Origin: the human T2T-CHM13v2.0 reference genome, Homo sapiens
Length of the DNA: 64,000 bases
NCBI RefSeq assembly: GCF_009914755.1
Contig: NC_060936.1
Strand: one strand, 5' to 3'
The notes under the pieces were generated by a model that saw only the letters and a program-made list of their open reading frames with translations, searched no databases and had not been told where the DNA came from. The stretch's first letter is position 1. Every line of letters starts with the position of its first letter. Shown here one piece after another: positions 14,730 to 29,215 of the stretch. Made by a program: the position numbers and the translations under genes.

Positions 14730-15590
14730 TTTAATATAGTAAAATGTATATGTAATGTAAAATTCATCTTTTTAGCCAATTTTTTAGTGTACAGTTGAGT
14801 GGCATTAAGTATGTTCACAATGTTGTACAACCGGCATGATCGTTCATCTCCAGAACTTTTTCATCTCCACAAACTGAAACTCTGTCCTCATTAATAACTC
14901 CCCATTCCCTACTATATTAGTTCATTTTCATACTGCTATGAAGAAATACCTGAGACTGGCTAATTTATAAAGAAAAAGAGGTTTAATGGATTCGCAGTTA
15001 CACATGGCTGAGGAGGCCTCACAATCATGGCAGAAGGCGAAGGAGGAGCAAAGGCATGTCTTACATGGCGGCAGGCAAGAGAGTGTGTGTAGGGGAATTG
15101 CCCTTTATAAAACCATCAGATCTCATGAAGCTTATTCACTATCATAAGAACAGCATGGGAAAAACTCACCCCCATGATTCAGTTACCTCCCACTGGGTCC
15201 CTTCCACAATATGTGGGGATTATGGGAGCTACAATTCAAGATGAGATTTGGGTAGGGACACAGCCAAACTGTATCACCTACTTCTCCCAGCCCCTGGCAA
15301 TTATCATTCTAGTTTCTGCTTCTATGAATTTGACTACTCTAGGTACTTCACATAACTGGACTCATACAGTATTTGTACTTTTGTGACTGGCTTATTTCAC
15401 TCAGCATAATGTCTTCAAGTTTCATCTATGTTGTAGCATTTGTCAGAATTTCCTTCTTTTTTACAGCTGAATAATATTCCCTTGTATGGATATACCACAT
15501 TTCATTTATTCATTTATTAGTTGATGGACACTTGGATTGCTTCAATGCTTTAGCTATTGTGAACAATGGTGCTATGAACATGGGTGTACT
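14730..15590 (-). mobile_element. L1MB-like 3' end, interrupted by THE1
   Basis: gtgtacagttgagtggcattaagtatgttcac...gctatgaacatgggtgtac; continuous across the THE1 insertion. Confidence 0.85.
14913..15276 (-). mobile_element. THE1C-like solo LTR nested in L1MB
   Basis: Perfect 5-bp TSD cctac at 14908-14912 and 15277-15281. Confidence 0.92.
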
Positions 15591-16419
15591 TTCAGGTGCT
15601 TTTCTAAATGAAGTATTCTAAGCCGTGAAAGGTGAACAGGGTTTTTCTAAACAGAAGACATTCCCAAGTGAGGGAAAGTGTGGTGTGAGGAAGCACAGCT
15701 TGTTCAATGAAAGGTAGGAGGCCCCATGAGGCAGCGATATGAAAGAGGGGAAGAATGACAAGTGAGATAAAAAATGTGGGTCAGGCCATTAAACTTAAAA
15801 ATACAAAGAAGAATAGAATATATTCACCACCTAGTTGTGCTGTGTCTTAATATCTTGCCCTATTTACTCATTTTTCAAAGAAATATGGTATTACAGATAC
15901 AATTGATCCTTCCTGCAAAATCCCTCATCTCATTCTTTCATTCCCCTTCATAATGGCAACCATTTTCCTGAATTTTAAATTTATTTTTTCATGTTTTATA
16001 AATTTACAACGTATATGAACCATGTCATGTTTTGCATACTTTTACATTTTATATGAGTGACATCACACTCTGTATATATCCATTTCCAACTTGCTTCTTT
16101 AAATCAACATTATGTTATAGGGTTTTACTTAGATTATTTCATATTAATACTTCATAGTATAAATATTTTACACTGTATTTTTGTACCATTACAAACAGTG
16201 CAGCAATAAACATTCTTGTACATTTTCCTTGTTTATATGGGTATGACTTTAGGCTATGGACCTAACAGCCTCAATTTGTAAAGGCAAATTTCTCTCCAAC
16301 TAAGTGGTTATATCAATTTACACCCCAACAAACAGGGTTCACTTGTTCCCATTCTGCCACATCCTTAACAACAGTGAGTATTGTCAAATGTTTAAATTTA
16401 ACAAGTTGATAAAATAGAA

Positions 16420-16665
16420 GGTAGTTAAGAACTCAGATTTTAGAGCCAAACCACTAGTATTCAAATGCTGGCTTTACTGTTTACTAGTTGTATGATTTCA
16501 GCCCTACTTTCCCTCTCTGGAAGAAAAAAAAGGTCGTAATACCTACCTCACACACTCATTGCCAGGAATATGTGTGTTAACATATGCAAAGCAGTTGGAA
16601 TAATATATATATTGTTAATACTCAGTAAAGCCTTTAGAATAATACACGGTGAGTGCTCAATAAGT
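16420..16665 (+). mobile_element. MIR
   Basis: gtagttaaga...ttcaaatgctggctttactgtttactag...gagtgctcaataa. Confidence 0.65.
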
Positions 16666-17160
16666 GTGAGCCTTGTTTTAACATTTTGAATTGGCCATTC
16701 AAGTCTTGTCTCCTGTGAATTTTCTATTCCTTTCCTTACCCTAGGACTTATCATTTTAACTTAACTATTCTGAACATAATCATTCATTTGTGGTTATATG
16801 CTGGAAATATCTTCTTTTAGTCTGTGGCTTGTCTTTTTTGTTTTTATGACATTTTTTGTTAAGAAGTTTTAAATTGGAATCTAGTCAATATATCGTTCTT
16901 TGTACTCTTTTTTCTCTTGTTTAATCAATCCTTCTCTTTGGTGCGGTCATACAAATATTCTCCTATATTTTATTTGTAAAAGTTTTTAAAGTTTGTTCTT
17001 CACATTTAGGATTTTATGATTTAATCCATGTTGAATTTAATTTTGTGACTAGTGTGAGGTAAGGAGTTTTTTCAATCACTTCTCCATATGAGAAACCAAA
17101 TATTGTGATATCATTAATGAATTTGTAATGTCATTTTTGTCATGTTATTTCTATATATGA

Positions 17161-17629
<469 letters not shown>

Positions 17630-17669
17630 CCACTGTCTTGATTACAATAGCTTTAACATTCATCTTGAC

Positions 17670-18265
17670 ATGCTAGGTTATTTCATTACCACTTTGGTTG
17701 AGCTAGGAATTCCCTTTCCTGTCTGGTTCCAGGTCCAAGTTGGCCAAGAGAAGACCTTGTGTGAGACTTTGGGATGTGGAAGTGAAGGGCAGTTCTTTAC
17801 TCTGTGAAGCTCTTCAAAGTTAGATGGGGTGACAGACACAGAAGTACCTAACAGATTCCAACTTGCCCTTGTTCTCCTCTGCTTTGCATCCTGCTGTTCT
17901 TCCCAAATTCTGGTCCCGCAGCCCAAGACCTACTACCAGATACTTGGCTAAGAGCCACAGAGAAGGTGGCTTCACAAAGGCAACAGCTTCACACAGACAT
18001 CTCCATGAGTTCCCTTGGCAGGACAAATTCAGTAGCTGGATGTGTACTTGGCTTCTTAGATTTTTTTCTGTAAACTCGATGTTGTCCACTTATGCCAGTG
18101 CTTTCAAAAGATAGTTTAGACTCTTCTCTGAGCTCCCAGCTTCTCCTTCCAGATCTTCATCTCCCCAGCTCCTCCCACAATTGGATAAAGTCTGCTTTCT
18201 AGAATAAATCCCATGTCATAACACTCTTTGTGGCTCTAGTTCCTTGATTGAACCCTGACTGACAT
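17670..18265 (+). mobile_element. LTR52-like (ERVL) LTR
   Basis: ggaagtgaag, ggcaacagcttc and ccccagctcctcccacaattg motifs; terminus ttgaaccctgactgaca. Confidence 0.7.
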
Positions 18266-19171
18266 ATTTGATAGGTTAAAGTGAGCCTTCCTATCTTGGT
18301 CTTCTACAAACTTCTTGGTCCTTTGCTCTTCCACATGGCTTTTTAAATCATCTTGTCAAGTATCAAAAAAAAAAAAAAACTGTTGGGATTTTGAGTTGGG
18401 ATTGTTTTGAATTCATTAATTAATTAAGGAAGAACTAACTTTTTATGATATTTAATATTTTAAAAATTATTTATTGATGTTGATAGAGTGTAAATTATCT
18501 TTATACTAATGTTGTGCTTAGTAACTTGTTGATTTTTTATGTTAGTTCCAATTGCTTGCCTGTATTTTCTCTTAGACTCTATGAGGGCAATTTCTATAAA
18601 TAGCGATTGTTTTGTTTTGTTTTTACAATTAGTATGTCTTCCTTTTACTGCCTTACTGTTCAACTAGAACCCCCAAATAATGATTGGCTACAAATAGTAA
18701 TTGTAGGCATCTTGTCTTGTCCCTCATATTAAAGGAAATAATTCTAAAGATTTACCACTAAATATGATGTTTGCTGCAAGTTTCTGATAGACATATTTTA
18801 CTCTGTAAAGAAAATCTGCTTCTATTTGTATTTCTTAATTTTTTTAAATATGAAAGTGTTAAATTTTAACAAATAATTTTTCTGCCTCTATTGAAGTAAT
18901 CATGTGCTTTTTCTCTTGCAATTTGTTAATGTGGTAAATTATATTAATAGATTTTTCTAACACTAAACCATCCTTGCTTTCCTGGGAACTCAACCTGGTT
19001 ATACTGTATTATAATATAGTATATAGTATAGCATATTTTTGTTTTTAAACAAAATATAGTTTTGTTTTATACAAAATATAGTGTGTTTTTGTTTTTAAAG
19101 TAACCAATTTTGCTAAATATTATTAGAATTTATAGCTTTATATTTAGAAGTGAGGTTGGCTTACAATTTTC

Positions 19172-19475
19172 ATTTATTTATTTATTTATTTTTGAGATGG
19201 AGTTTCACTCTTGTTGTCCAGGCTGGAGTGCAATAGTGCAATATTGGCTCACCGCAACCTCCACCTCCTGGGTTCAAGCAATTCTCCTGCCTAAGCCTCC
19301 CAAGTAGCTGGGATTACAGGCATGTGCCACCACGCCCAGCTAATTTTGTATTTTTAGTAGAGACGGGGTTTCTCCATGTTGGTCAGGCTGGTCTCAAACT
19401 CCCGACCTCAGATGATCCACCCACCTCAGCCTCCCAAAGTGCTGGAATTACAGGTGTGAGCCACCATGCCTGGCC
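19172..19475 (-). mobile_element. AluSp-like
   Basis: gagtttcactcttgtt and ggtttctccatgttggtc diagnostics; TSD tacaattttc at 19162-19171 and 19476-19485. Confidence 0.95.
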
Positions 19476-19642
19476 TACAATTTTCTTTACTGTCCATGTC
19501 TTATTTTGGAGTCAATCAAGCATACGTCAGTCTAATAAAATGAGCTTTGGAGTACTCCTTCTTTTTGTAATCTTGTTATAGTCTCTGGAATAGTTTATAT
19601 AAGATTGGGATTATACATTCCTTGAAAATCTGGTAAAACTCA

Positions 19643-19915
<273 letters not shown>

Positions 19916-20559
19916 TTATTTCATAATATAGGTAGCTATAATCATTGATGTCATATCTTTCAAGATCATATAATTTAGGCTATTTCTTCTTAAGTTTATA
20001 TTGATTATTGTTTTCTGGAAGTTAACCATTTTGTATGTCTTCCGAATTAATTGACATAAAGTCATACCTGATTGTCTCTTGTTACCTGTTTTAATTTCTG
20101 GTATATTTGTAGTTATGTCCCTTTCTAATTCACAATTTCAATATTGCTTTGAATATCTTTTGTATGTAACATCATGCTGAAACTGGCTGTAAGAAAGCCA
20201 AGTTTTAAATAGTTTTAATAGCTAATTCTTCCGAAAACCCAGAGTTGTAAAGAGGAATAGAAACAGAAATACCACTAAAACTACTTCTCCATAACTTCTA
20301 CCTACTGTCCCTAATTCTTCCCCTGGGAGTCACATAACCTCAAATGTGTACTTCTACATACTCCTTAGAAATTATTACTCTTAAGTAAATCCAAAGTGGT
20401 GGTGTTTTGTTCAGTCCGTTCAAGAAACAAGAGACAATACATATCTCTCCTGAAATACATCTTTTGCAGTTTAAGGAGCCTCAGTTTTTCTGAAAGTTAC
20501 TCAAACACCCTGCATCCCAAGCTCTTTGCTAGCACTCCTTTCTGATGATCCATCCCCAG

Positions 20560-20765
20560 GCATCAGCATCTGGAACTGAGTCCTTTAGTCCAAGCGTAGT
20601 CTGACCAACATGAGGAGAATGAGTCTAAGGCTATCCTCTCACTGGACCATTCCCTTCATACTTCCTAAAATACATTTCTTGCTTGTTCATCACACTGTTG
20701 ACTCATGTTAATTTTGCAGTCAACCAAATATTTGAGTCTTTTTCACACGTGCTGTTGAGGAATCT
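20560..20765 (-). mobile_element. CR1/L3 LINE relic
   Basis: Minus strand translates to CEKD..(frameshift)..VDCKINMSQQCD, matching the CR1 ORF2 motif EKDLGVLVD-KLNMSQQC. Confidence 0.75.
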
Positions 20766-21334
20766 TTATCCCCAAGTAATAAAAGAAGACTCCATTATAT
20801 AACTCCCTAGTCTACAGACTTCAAAAGAGAATTTTAAGCATGTTTGGGCCTTGAGCAAAGCACTGAGATAAAAAGTTGAGGGTGAAGGAGTAGCAGACAG
20901 TACTATCCTCAGCAATTAGAGGAGGAGTTCTTTCTTTATAAAGGAAGGCATCTCAGCTGGGTTATACCATAGTCCAATTTCCACAAACAGGGAAGGAAAG
21001 AATTCCCTTTTACTGAGTACCGACTGGGTGCCAAGTCTAGGTTAGGTGCTTTATGTGTGTTTATCTCGGCTTTCGTGCTGATAACATCATTGGGTCAAGG
21101 TGCAGTGTAAATAAAGAAGGATGTAAATAAATGCTAGGTAAAGTTATTCCCATTTTATGTATGAGGAAACAGAAATTCACAGCATGACTCGCCCCAAATG
21201 ATACAACTAAAAAGTAATGGGGCCTTGTTCAACTTCTGCACTCTCAGCCAGGAATGAATGACTACAAGTAGAGAGGAGGCAGCAGGCAACAAGAGCAATT
21301 GGATGATGCTTTGTGGTTTAATGAAGGACAGGAC

Positions 21335-21545
21335 TTTCACCTACATTAACTCTTTTGGATCACCTGCTCCACCTACCATAAGAGGCTGATTCTCACAACA
21401 GCCTCTTATGGTAGGTGGAGCAGGTGATACAATCTTTATTTTACATAAAGATTACAGGGCTCAGAGAACTGAGGGACCTACCCAAGGTTGCCCAGCTAGC
21501 CAGTGGTAGAGACACTTTGACCCCGGCTTTCTGACAGCAAGCACC
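21335..21545 (-). mobile_element. MIR carrying an inverted duplication
   Basis: ctcacaacagcc...ttttacat...gctcagaga...cccaaggttgcccagctag. Confidence 0.7.
21359..21428. repeat. Perfect hairpin: 30-bp stem, 10-nt loop
   Basis: atcacctgctccacctaccataagaggctg (21359-21388) is the exact reverse complement of 21399-21428. Confidence 0.97.
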
Positions 21546-21698
21546 TCTTTTGGCAGCAGGTATGGGGCAAGGAGAACAGCAGGGACCTGGGGCAGGTGTT
21601 GACAGATCAATGTGGACATGGGGAAAAAAGCCCCAAAACCCCTCACCAAGGAAATGTAATGCTCTGTTATTTATTTAAAAAAAAAAAAATTTTTCTCA

Positions 21699-22386
<688 letters not shown>

Positions 22387-22894
22387 CCTAGGTCGATGAC
22401 AGAAGCAGCAGAGGTGCCTAGGACAGAACACATCACTCCTTCTGCCACAAGCATGTGCTGGAAATGCCTCCAGTCAAGTATCCTTAGAACAATCGTTTTC
22501 CCAGCTATTTAAACTCCACTGAAGTCAAGCACCAGCTTATTCCAGGCCAGGCTTTGCCTGCTAATTAACAATTCACCTGCTGGTTACTAGTTCCCACAGG
22601 GCCTCAAGTGAGACCAAATCCCCCAGCTGGAAGGTCCTCTTTTTTTTTCCAGCACTGCTAATTCAGCTCTGTTGCCCATCTCAAGCCTGGCTGAGAAGTT
22701 GTTCCCCTGCAGCCCCCTTAGTTGCCCCAGGGATTCTAGATGCCCTCTATATTCAAGCCAACATTCATCGTCTGTCAACAGGTGGTGGACATGTACTTTT
22801 ATGATTGTACTCAGGTTCCTCTGAGTTTTGTTTTTTCAACCCAGACATTAAGAAATCCTTATTTCCTATAGAGGATTTAAGAAATAGAAAAATG

Positions 22895-22998
22895 GCATGA
22901 ACCTGGGAGGCGGAGCTTGCAGTGAGCCAAGATCACACCACTGCACTCCAGCCTGAGTGACAGAGCGAGACTCCATCTCAAAAAAAAAAAAAAAAAGA
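22895..22998 (+). mobile_element. 5'-truncated AluY
   Basis: aatggc(a)tgaacc and ggcggagcttgcagtgagc Y diagnostics; 16-bp TSD aagaaatagaaaaatg at 22879-22894 and 22999-23014. Confidence 0.9.
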
Positions 22999-23179
22999 AA
23001 GAAATAGAAAAATGAAATTAAAAAAAAAGATAAAAGACATTAAGAAATCCAGAAGCAGAAACACAACTTCTCCAGTATTTTCCAAGCCTGGCTATGGATC
23101 AAATTCACCCAAGCACCTTAAAAGAATATACAGATACAGAAAGGATTCTGCAGCAGAGAACCACGTTAAACATTACTTG

Positions 23180-23710
23180 GATGCCATCAGCAAAATGCAG
23201 ACTCTGGAAAAAAAGAAAAAAGAGAGAGAGAGAGATGAAGGAAGATGAAGGGAGAACTTGTACATTAAAAGAGACTTAAGAAACGTAACAACCAATGGGA
23301 TGTTTGAACTTAGTTGGTTCCCATTTCAAAAAACACAAGGTAAAAACAGACAAATGAAAAAAGAAAATTTGGGACATTTGAGAGACAGTTAAAATTTTGA
23401 ACACTGGCTATATGATGATATTAAAGACTTTTTATTATTTCTGTTTAGATGTAATAATGGTATTGTGGTTATATTTTGAAAAGATTTCATATCTTGAAGA
23501 GAAATGTACTGAAATATTTTTGGCTAAAATGATGTGTCTAGGAATTGCTTCAATATGGAGGAGAGCGAGTGGAAATCCAGACGAAGCAGGAATGGCCATC
23601 AGTCGATGATTTTTACAGCTGGATGTTAGGTTCATGGAGGAAAGTGGGGTTCATTATACTTTTTGTTCTACTTCAGTATATGTTTGAAATTTTCTGTAAT
23701 AAAAGTTTAA
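23180..23710 (+). mobile_element. L1MC-like 3' end
   Basis: attaaaagagacttaaga, ataatggtattgtggttata, tatgtttgaaattttctgtaataaaa. Confidence 0.75.
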
Positions 23711-24049
23711 TCTCCCCAGTTTTGTGAACTATTCTATTTATTTTATCCTCATCCTTTAACACACCTATGTACACGGAACTTCCTGTGTAAAATGTTTATT
23801 GAGTGTTTATTCCCCAGAGGAGAAGCAAAGAGGAAGTAAGAGTAGGATATTTTTGAACTATGTACAAATACAACCAGTTTCAGACCCTTTTATATGATCT
23901 ATACTCATTCTAGACTGAGCCACATAGAAGAGCTGTTCCTGAAGTCAGATCAGCCTGGTTACCTCTAAAAGACCAAAAGACTAAACTAAAACAGCCTTTT
24001 TTTTCTTCTGTGGAAGCGTACATGTGTGTTTGCATGTGTACGTGTACCG

Positions 24050-24305
24050 AACAGCTGTCATGGACCTTTGTGCAGGCTGTGCACTGCACAAGTTTGTCAC
24101 ATCTAAGGGGGCATGCTTCACCTCATCAACACATTGCAGATCTATATATTTATTGTGACAACAGTCTTGTAAGTGGCAGCAAAATGTCTTCTTCTAACAA
24201 AATTGGTATTTTTGATAACTTTCCAAAAGATGGAAGCAAAAATATCTTAAAGTAGGGACTTCTTTTCTAATTATGTACTTATGGTATGGGCTAGCAGTGG
24301 ACCTG
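24050..24305 (+). mobile_element. MER91B-like (hAT-Tip100) DNA transposon
   Basis: ttgtgcaggctgtgcactgcacaag start; tatgggctagcagtggacctg end. Confidence 0.7.
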
Positions 24306-24309
24306 AACT

Positions 24310-24515
24310 GACTGTCTTGCCTGAGTTTGAATCTCTTCCCCCAAACTCACTCACTGAGTTTGTTATTTAATAGCCTTGAGTTCAAGTTTCTTCATCTGTA
24401 AAATGGGATGATAATATTATGTACCCTGAGAGCACTGTTCAGAGCATTAAATGCATATAGACAGTATCTGGCCCATAGGAAGCCTTCAAAAAGTGTTAGA
24501 GATTAGCTATTACCA
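24310..24515 (+). mobile_element. MIR
   Basis: agtttcttcatctgtaaaatgggatgataat core. Confidence 0.8.
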
Positions 24516-24639
24516 TATCTGTTCACCCATATCAAATTTTATAGGTGTCGGTATGTTGCGTTATTCATAAACTCAACTAATAAATTTTGCAGTGGACTGA
24601 AAAAAGACTGTCTCCACTATTTCATGAATCCAAACTATT

Positions 24640-25635
<996 letters not shown>

Positions 25636-26088
25636 TGAATGCTTTTTCATATTGGGGTTTAAGTACAGACACTTCCTGAGGCATGACTAGACATAGCAAC
25701 ACTACTTTGCTGAGCTGCCTTCAATAAATTCCATTAAGCAGCCATAAAATTCCAATAGATCAGATGTGCCAGTTTTTGTTCATGAAAAAGCTAATCTGTG
25801 TAGCAGAAAAGCTGCCAGCTGGAGTGGAAAAGCTGGATTTCTTATTGTATATTGATGGCGGAGGGATTTCAAGACCCCAGTGGAAGCCAAAGTTGTTGAA
25901 AGACAAGGAGACCCAGGCCTGTGCATAGTACTATGATTTCACTGGAGGGAAATATAAGAGATGAAGGGGTGGCTGAAGGCTTGAGACCCTGTTTACTTAA
26001 AAATATTAAAAAAAAAAAAAAAAGAAAGCCCTTAGGCAATATAAGATAAAGGAAAAAACAGCAAAAATCATTTTAAGAAATAAAATTC

Positions 26089-26303
26089 TGCCAGTGTGGT
26101 GGTAAACACCTGTAATCCCAGCACTTTGGGAGGCCAAGGCGGAAGGATCACTTGAGCCCAGGAGTATGAGACCAGCCTGGGCAGCATGGTGAAACCCCGT
26201 CTCTACAAAGATACAAAAGCTAGCTGAATGTGGTGGCATGCACCTGTAGTACCAGATACTCTGAGGGAGTGGGGGAGGCTGAGGCGGGGGATGGCTTGAG
26301 CAG
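26089..26303 (+). mobile_element. AluJ, 3' truncated
   Basis: cacttgagcccaggagt, linker, partial right arm. Confidence 0.85.
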
Positions 26304-26318
26304 GGTAGAGAGAGACCT

Positions 26319-26524
26319 GGAAGGAAGGAAGGAAGGAAGGAAGGAAGGAAGGAAGGAAGGAGAGAAAGAGAGAAAGAAAGGAAGGAGGGAGGGAGAGAGG
26401 GGAGGAAGGAAGGAGAGAGAAAGAGAGGAAGGAAGGAAGGAGGGAGGGAGGGAAGAAAGGAAGGGGAGGGAGGGAGGGAAAGGAAGGAGGGAAAAGGAAA
26501 GAAAAGAAGAAAAGAAAGAAAAAG
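26319..26524 (+). repeat. Polypurine tract including (GGAA)10 at 26319-26358
   Basis: About 205 nt of uninterrupted A/G. Confidence 0.95.
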
Positions 26525-26528
26525 CTCT

Positions 26529-26650
26529 AGCTGGGTGTGGTGGCTTGTGTCTGTAGTCCAGATATTGGGCAGGCTGAAGCAGGAGGATTGCTGGAGCCCA
26601 GGAGTTTGAGGCCAACCTGGGCAAAGTAGCAAGACCCCATCTCTTTAGAA
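26529..26650 (+). mobile_element. FLAM (free left Alu monomer)
   Basis: Single monomer ending gcaagaccccatctct. Confidence 0.8.
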
Positions 26651-27559
26651 AATTAGAAAACAAAGTTCCTGTCTAGGGTTGGCCTCTAACTTGCAGCATG
26701 ACCTCAGTCCAGTGATTTTCTTCCCTACAATTTCTTTTTCACAAAATCAGATCCCTCTCTTCTTGAATCTGTTCTTTAATAGGAATATATAATTGATAAA
26801 TTACATATAATTGAAAACAAGATATTACATCAGAGCGCTTAATAAGTGAAAATCACAGTACAAACGCATGCTTAAACACTGTTGAAATTTAATGAAGTAA
26901 TTTTGACACATGTCTAGAAAGTCAGAAGGGAAATTTTGTTACTAAAGGTTGAGTTTGAGCCAATTGTTTTCCAATTTTCATGAAAGCGAAGCACTGTAAT
27001 ACAAAAGCATGCCTAGGAACACTAGCACCTAACTCAATATGCCTTAACAAATGAGTAAAGGAAGAATGCCAAGATTTCCAGCCTGCAAAGCTTCACCTCT
27101 AGGGAATCTATGGCCTTCTTGCAATGGATCTTCTAGTTTATAAGCTCACCAACATAATTTGACACCCAGTGAAAATGATATTTTCACCATATGTATATGC
27201 CACCATTTTCAAATGTGTGTAGATTGGTTGTGACTAATAAAATACAATAAAAAATTATAAATTTATCATTTGTATATGTATTAATAAAATACAGACTCAT
27301 TTAAAACATTACCAAAATTGAGTCAATTGTCAACATCTATTTCTGGATCAACCAACTCTAAAATTACAATTTCTTCCAGCTGGGAACTCTGGAGTTTAAT
27401 ATACTATAGCTTTTTGTCATAAATTGATCTCTGCTGTATTAGTTCATTCTAGAAAGTGATGGAACATTGATACTTTGAGTAACTTGTGTGCCAGTAACAA
27501 AGTGCTTCCCTAAAGCACAGCCAGGAATCAAGTCTATGATTAAAAACATCTGAGTCAAT

Positions 27560-27900
27560 AACTATTTATTTACTTATTTGTGTTGTCCTGGGAAGGCTTG
27601 AGGATGGCTTACCAAGATGCACAAAATTCAGCAAGATACCATCAGTTAAATAAAAGTAATGGGGGAAAAAGATAGGATAGAAAAATGAGTAGCAGGGCTG
27701 TGGTTAGGACATAAAAGGCGTTCTGTGAAATCCCACATTCTTCCAAGTGCTGGCCTATTTGGCTCTGCCCTTTGTAAGCAGCCAAAGGGAAGAGGAAACC
27801 ATTATTAGATACATAACTCATATTAGCTGTTAATAAATATACATCAACTTCTTATAAGAAGCCCAACTCTTTCTGCTGGAAAGATGAGAGAAACTTCAAG
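27560..27900 (-). mobile_element. L4 (RTE-X) LINE relic, tentative
   Basis: ttgaggatggcttac and atttggctctgccctttgtaagcagccaaagggaagagg resemble the L4 3' region. Confidence 0.45.
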
Positions 27901-28559
27901 AAATGGCAGCGTCCCCAACAACATACCAGTTGCAACAGATCAAAAACTCAGTTTTAGCCCATGTCCTCATGCCAGAGCCAGATTCAGTAACTAATTTTTT
28001 ACAGACTTTCTCTAATGATGAAAAAGTACTTTTCCAACACTCCGTGAAAATGATCTCTTCCCTCTTGTTTAAGTGGGGAAACAGAGGCAGAGAACAGTGA
28101 ATTGCTTCCACTTCATATACTAGGTCAATTGCTAAGATAAAAGTAGAAATAATTTGTCCTAGCTGGATATAATTACCTCCAGATGTGCATTTGCAGATTA
28201 CATGATGATTATGAAGTGCTCTTGAGGACTCCTTAAGGTGTAATGGTGACCTTTGACTCCATTTCATTTTCTCTTCCATCCCCCTGATGCAATTTTCCTC
28301 ACCCTGACTCTTATCCTCTTGCCTTGGTCACCACTGAGCACTCAAGGATGTAGAAAATAGATGGCCTCTACAAGGCGGAGGTCCAGGGGAAGCCATCACA
28401 GAGATGGATGAAATAGCAGAGCTGGAACACTCGGGCATGCACTATGGAGATGGCCTGGAATGAGTTTCTGAAAAGAGTCTGGGCCTCCAGCACCTCACTG
28501 CTGACCAAGAAGTCCAGAAACACGTCTGTGCAACTTCCACTTCCACGGCACCAGCAAAT

Positions 28560-29215
28560 CACCAGGCCATTTAATAATTCACCAAGCAAATACGTACTGA
28601 GTGCCTTCCAAGACACCAGGTGCTGAGCCTGTGCTAGGGAATCAAAGGCAAAAAAGGCACAGGTGTGTCCCCATAGAAACTGTAGCTTAGCTGTAAGAGA
28701 GTCCATCACACAGGAATTTTAATATGGCATACACACATTGACTCTGGAATCAAACTCTTGAGTCCTACTTCCACTTTTGCTATGTGAGTAAGTCAAACTC
28801 TTGGGGCTTCAGTTTTATCGTCTGTAAAATGGAGATAGCAACTACCTTCTAGAGAAAGAGCCTAGAACAGTGCTGGACACAGTTCCCATGCCCAGACCAC
28901 TGCCTTCTCCTGGGATCCTTATCTCTGTAAGAATGACCAAAATTTACTGTGCGTGTGATATTCCAGGCACTATTCAAAATATTTGAAGTGTGTCAACTCA
29001 TTTTCCCTTTATCATAGCCCCATACAGAGGATATCACTATTATTTTCATTTTACACATCTGAGACATGTGATTCAGTGCCTGGCCCCAGGTTCTCAGAGT
29101 GGCAGTGTACATCAGTGGTTAAGGGGACACACTCTGGGACCAAACTACCTAGACTTTGCAACTTAGAAGTTGTCAGAGCTTGGAAAAAGTAATGAACTTC
29201 TCTGGGCCTATCTTC
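28560..29215. mobile_element. L2 fragment (minus) followed by three MIR fragments in mixed orientation
   Basis: tactgagtgcc...tgtgctaggga (L2); tctgtaaaatggagatag, cattttacacatctgag, gtggttaagg (MIR). Confidence 0.6.

Noticed and set aside
19010-19100. Short AT-rich duplications and imperfect palindromes (also near 7378, 35583, 48745 and 49278)
   Set aside because: Small slippage-type duplications expected in AT-rich neutral DNA.
26006-26663. 208-aa, 147-aa and 108-aa ORFs
   Set aside because: Translations of FLAM/AluJ plus the polypurine tract, which lacks stop codons by composition.
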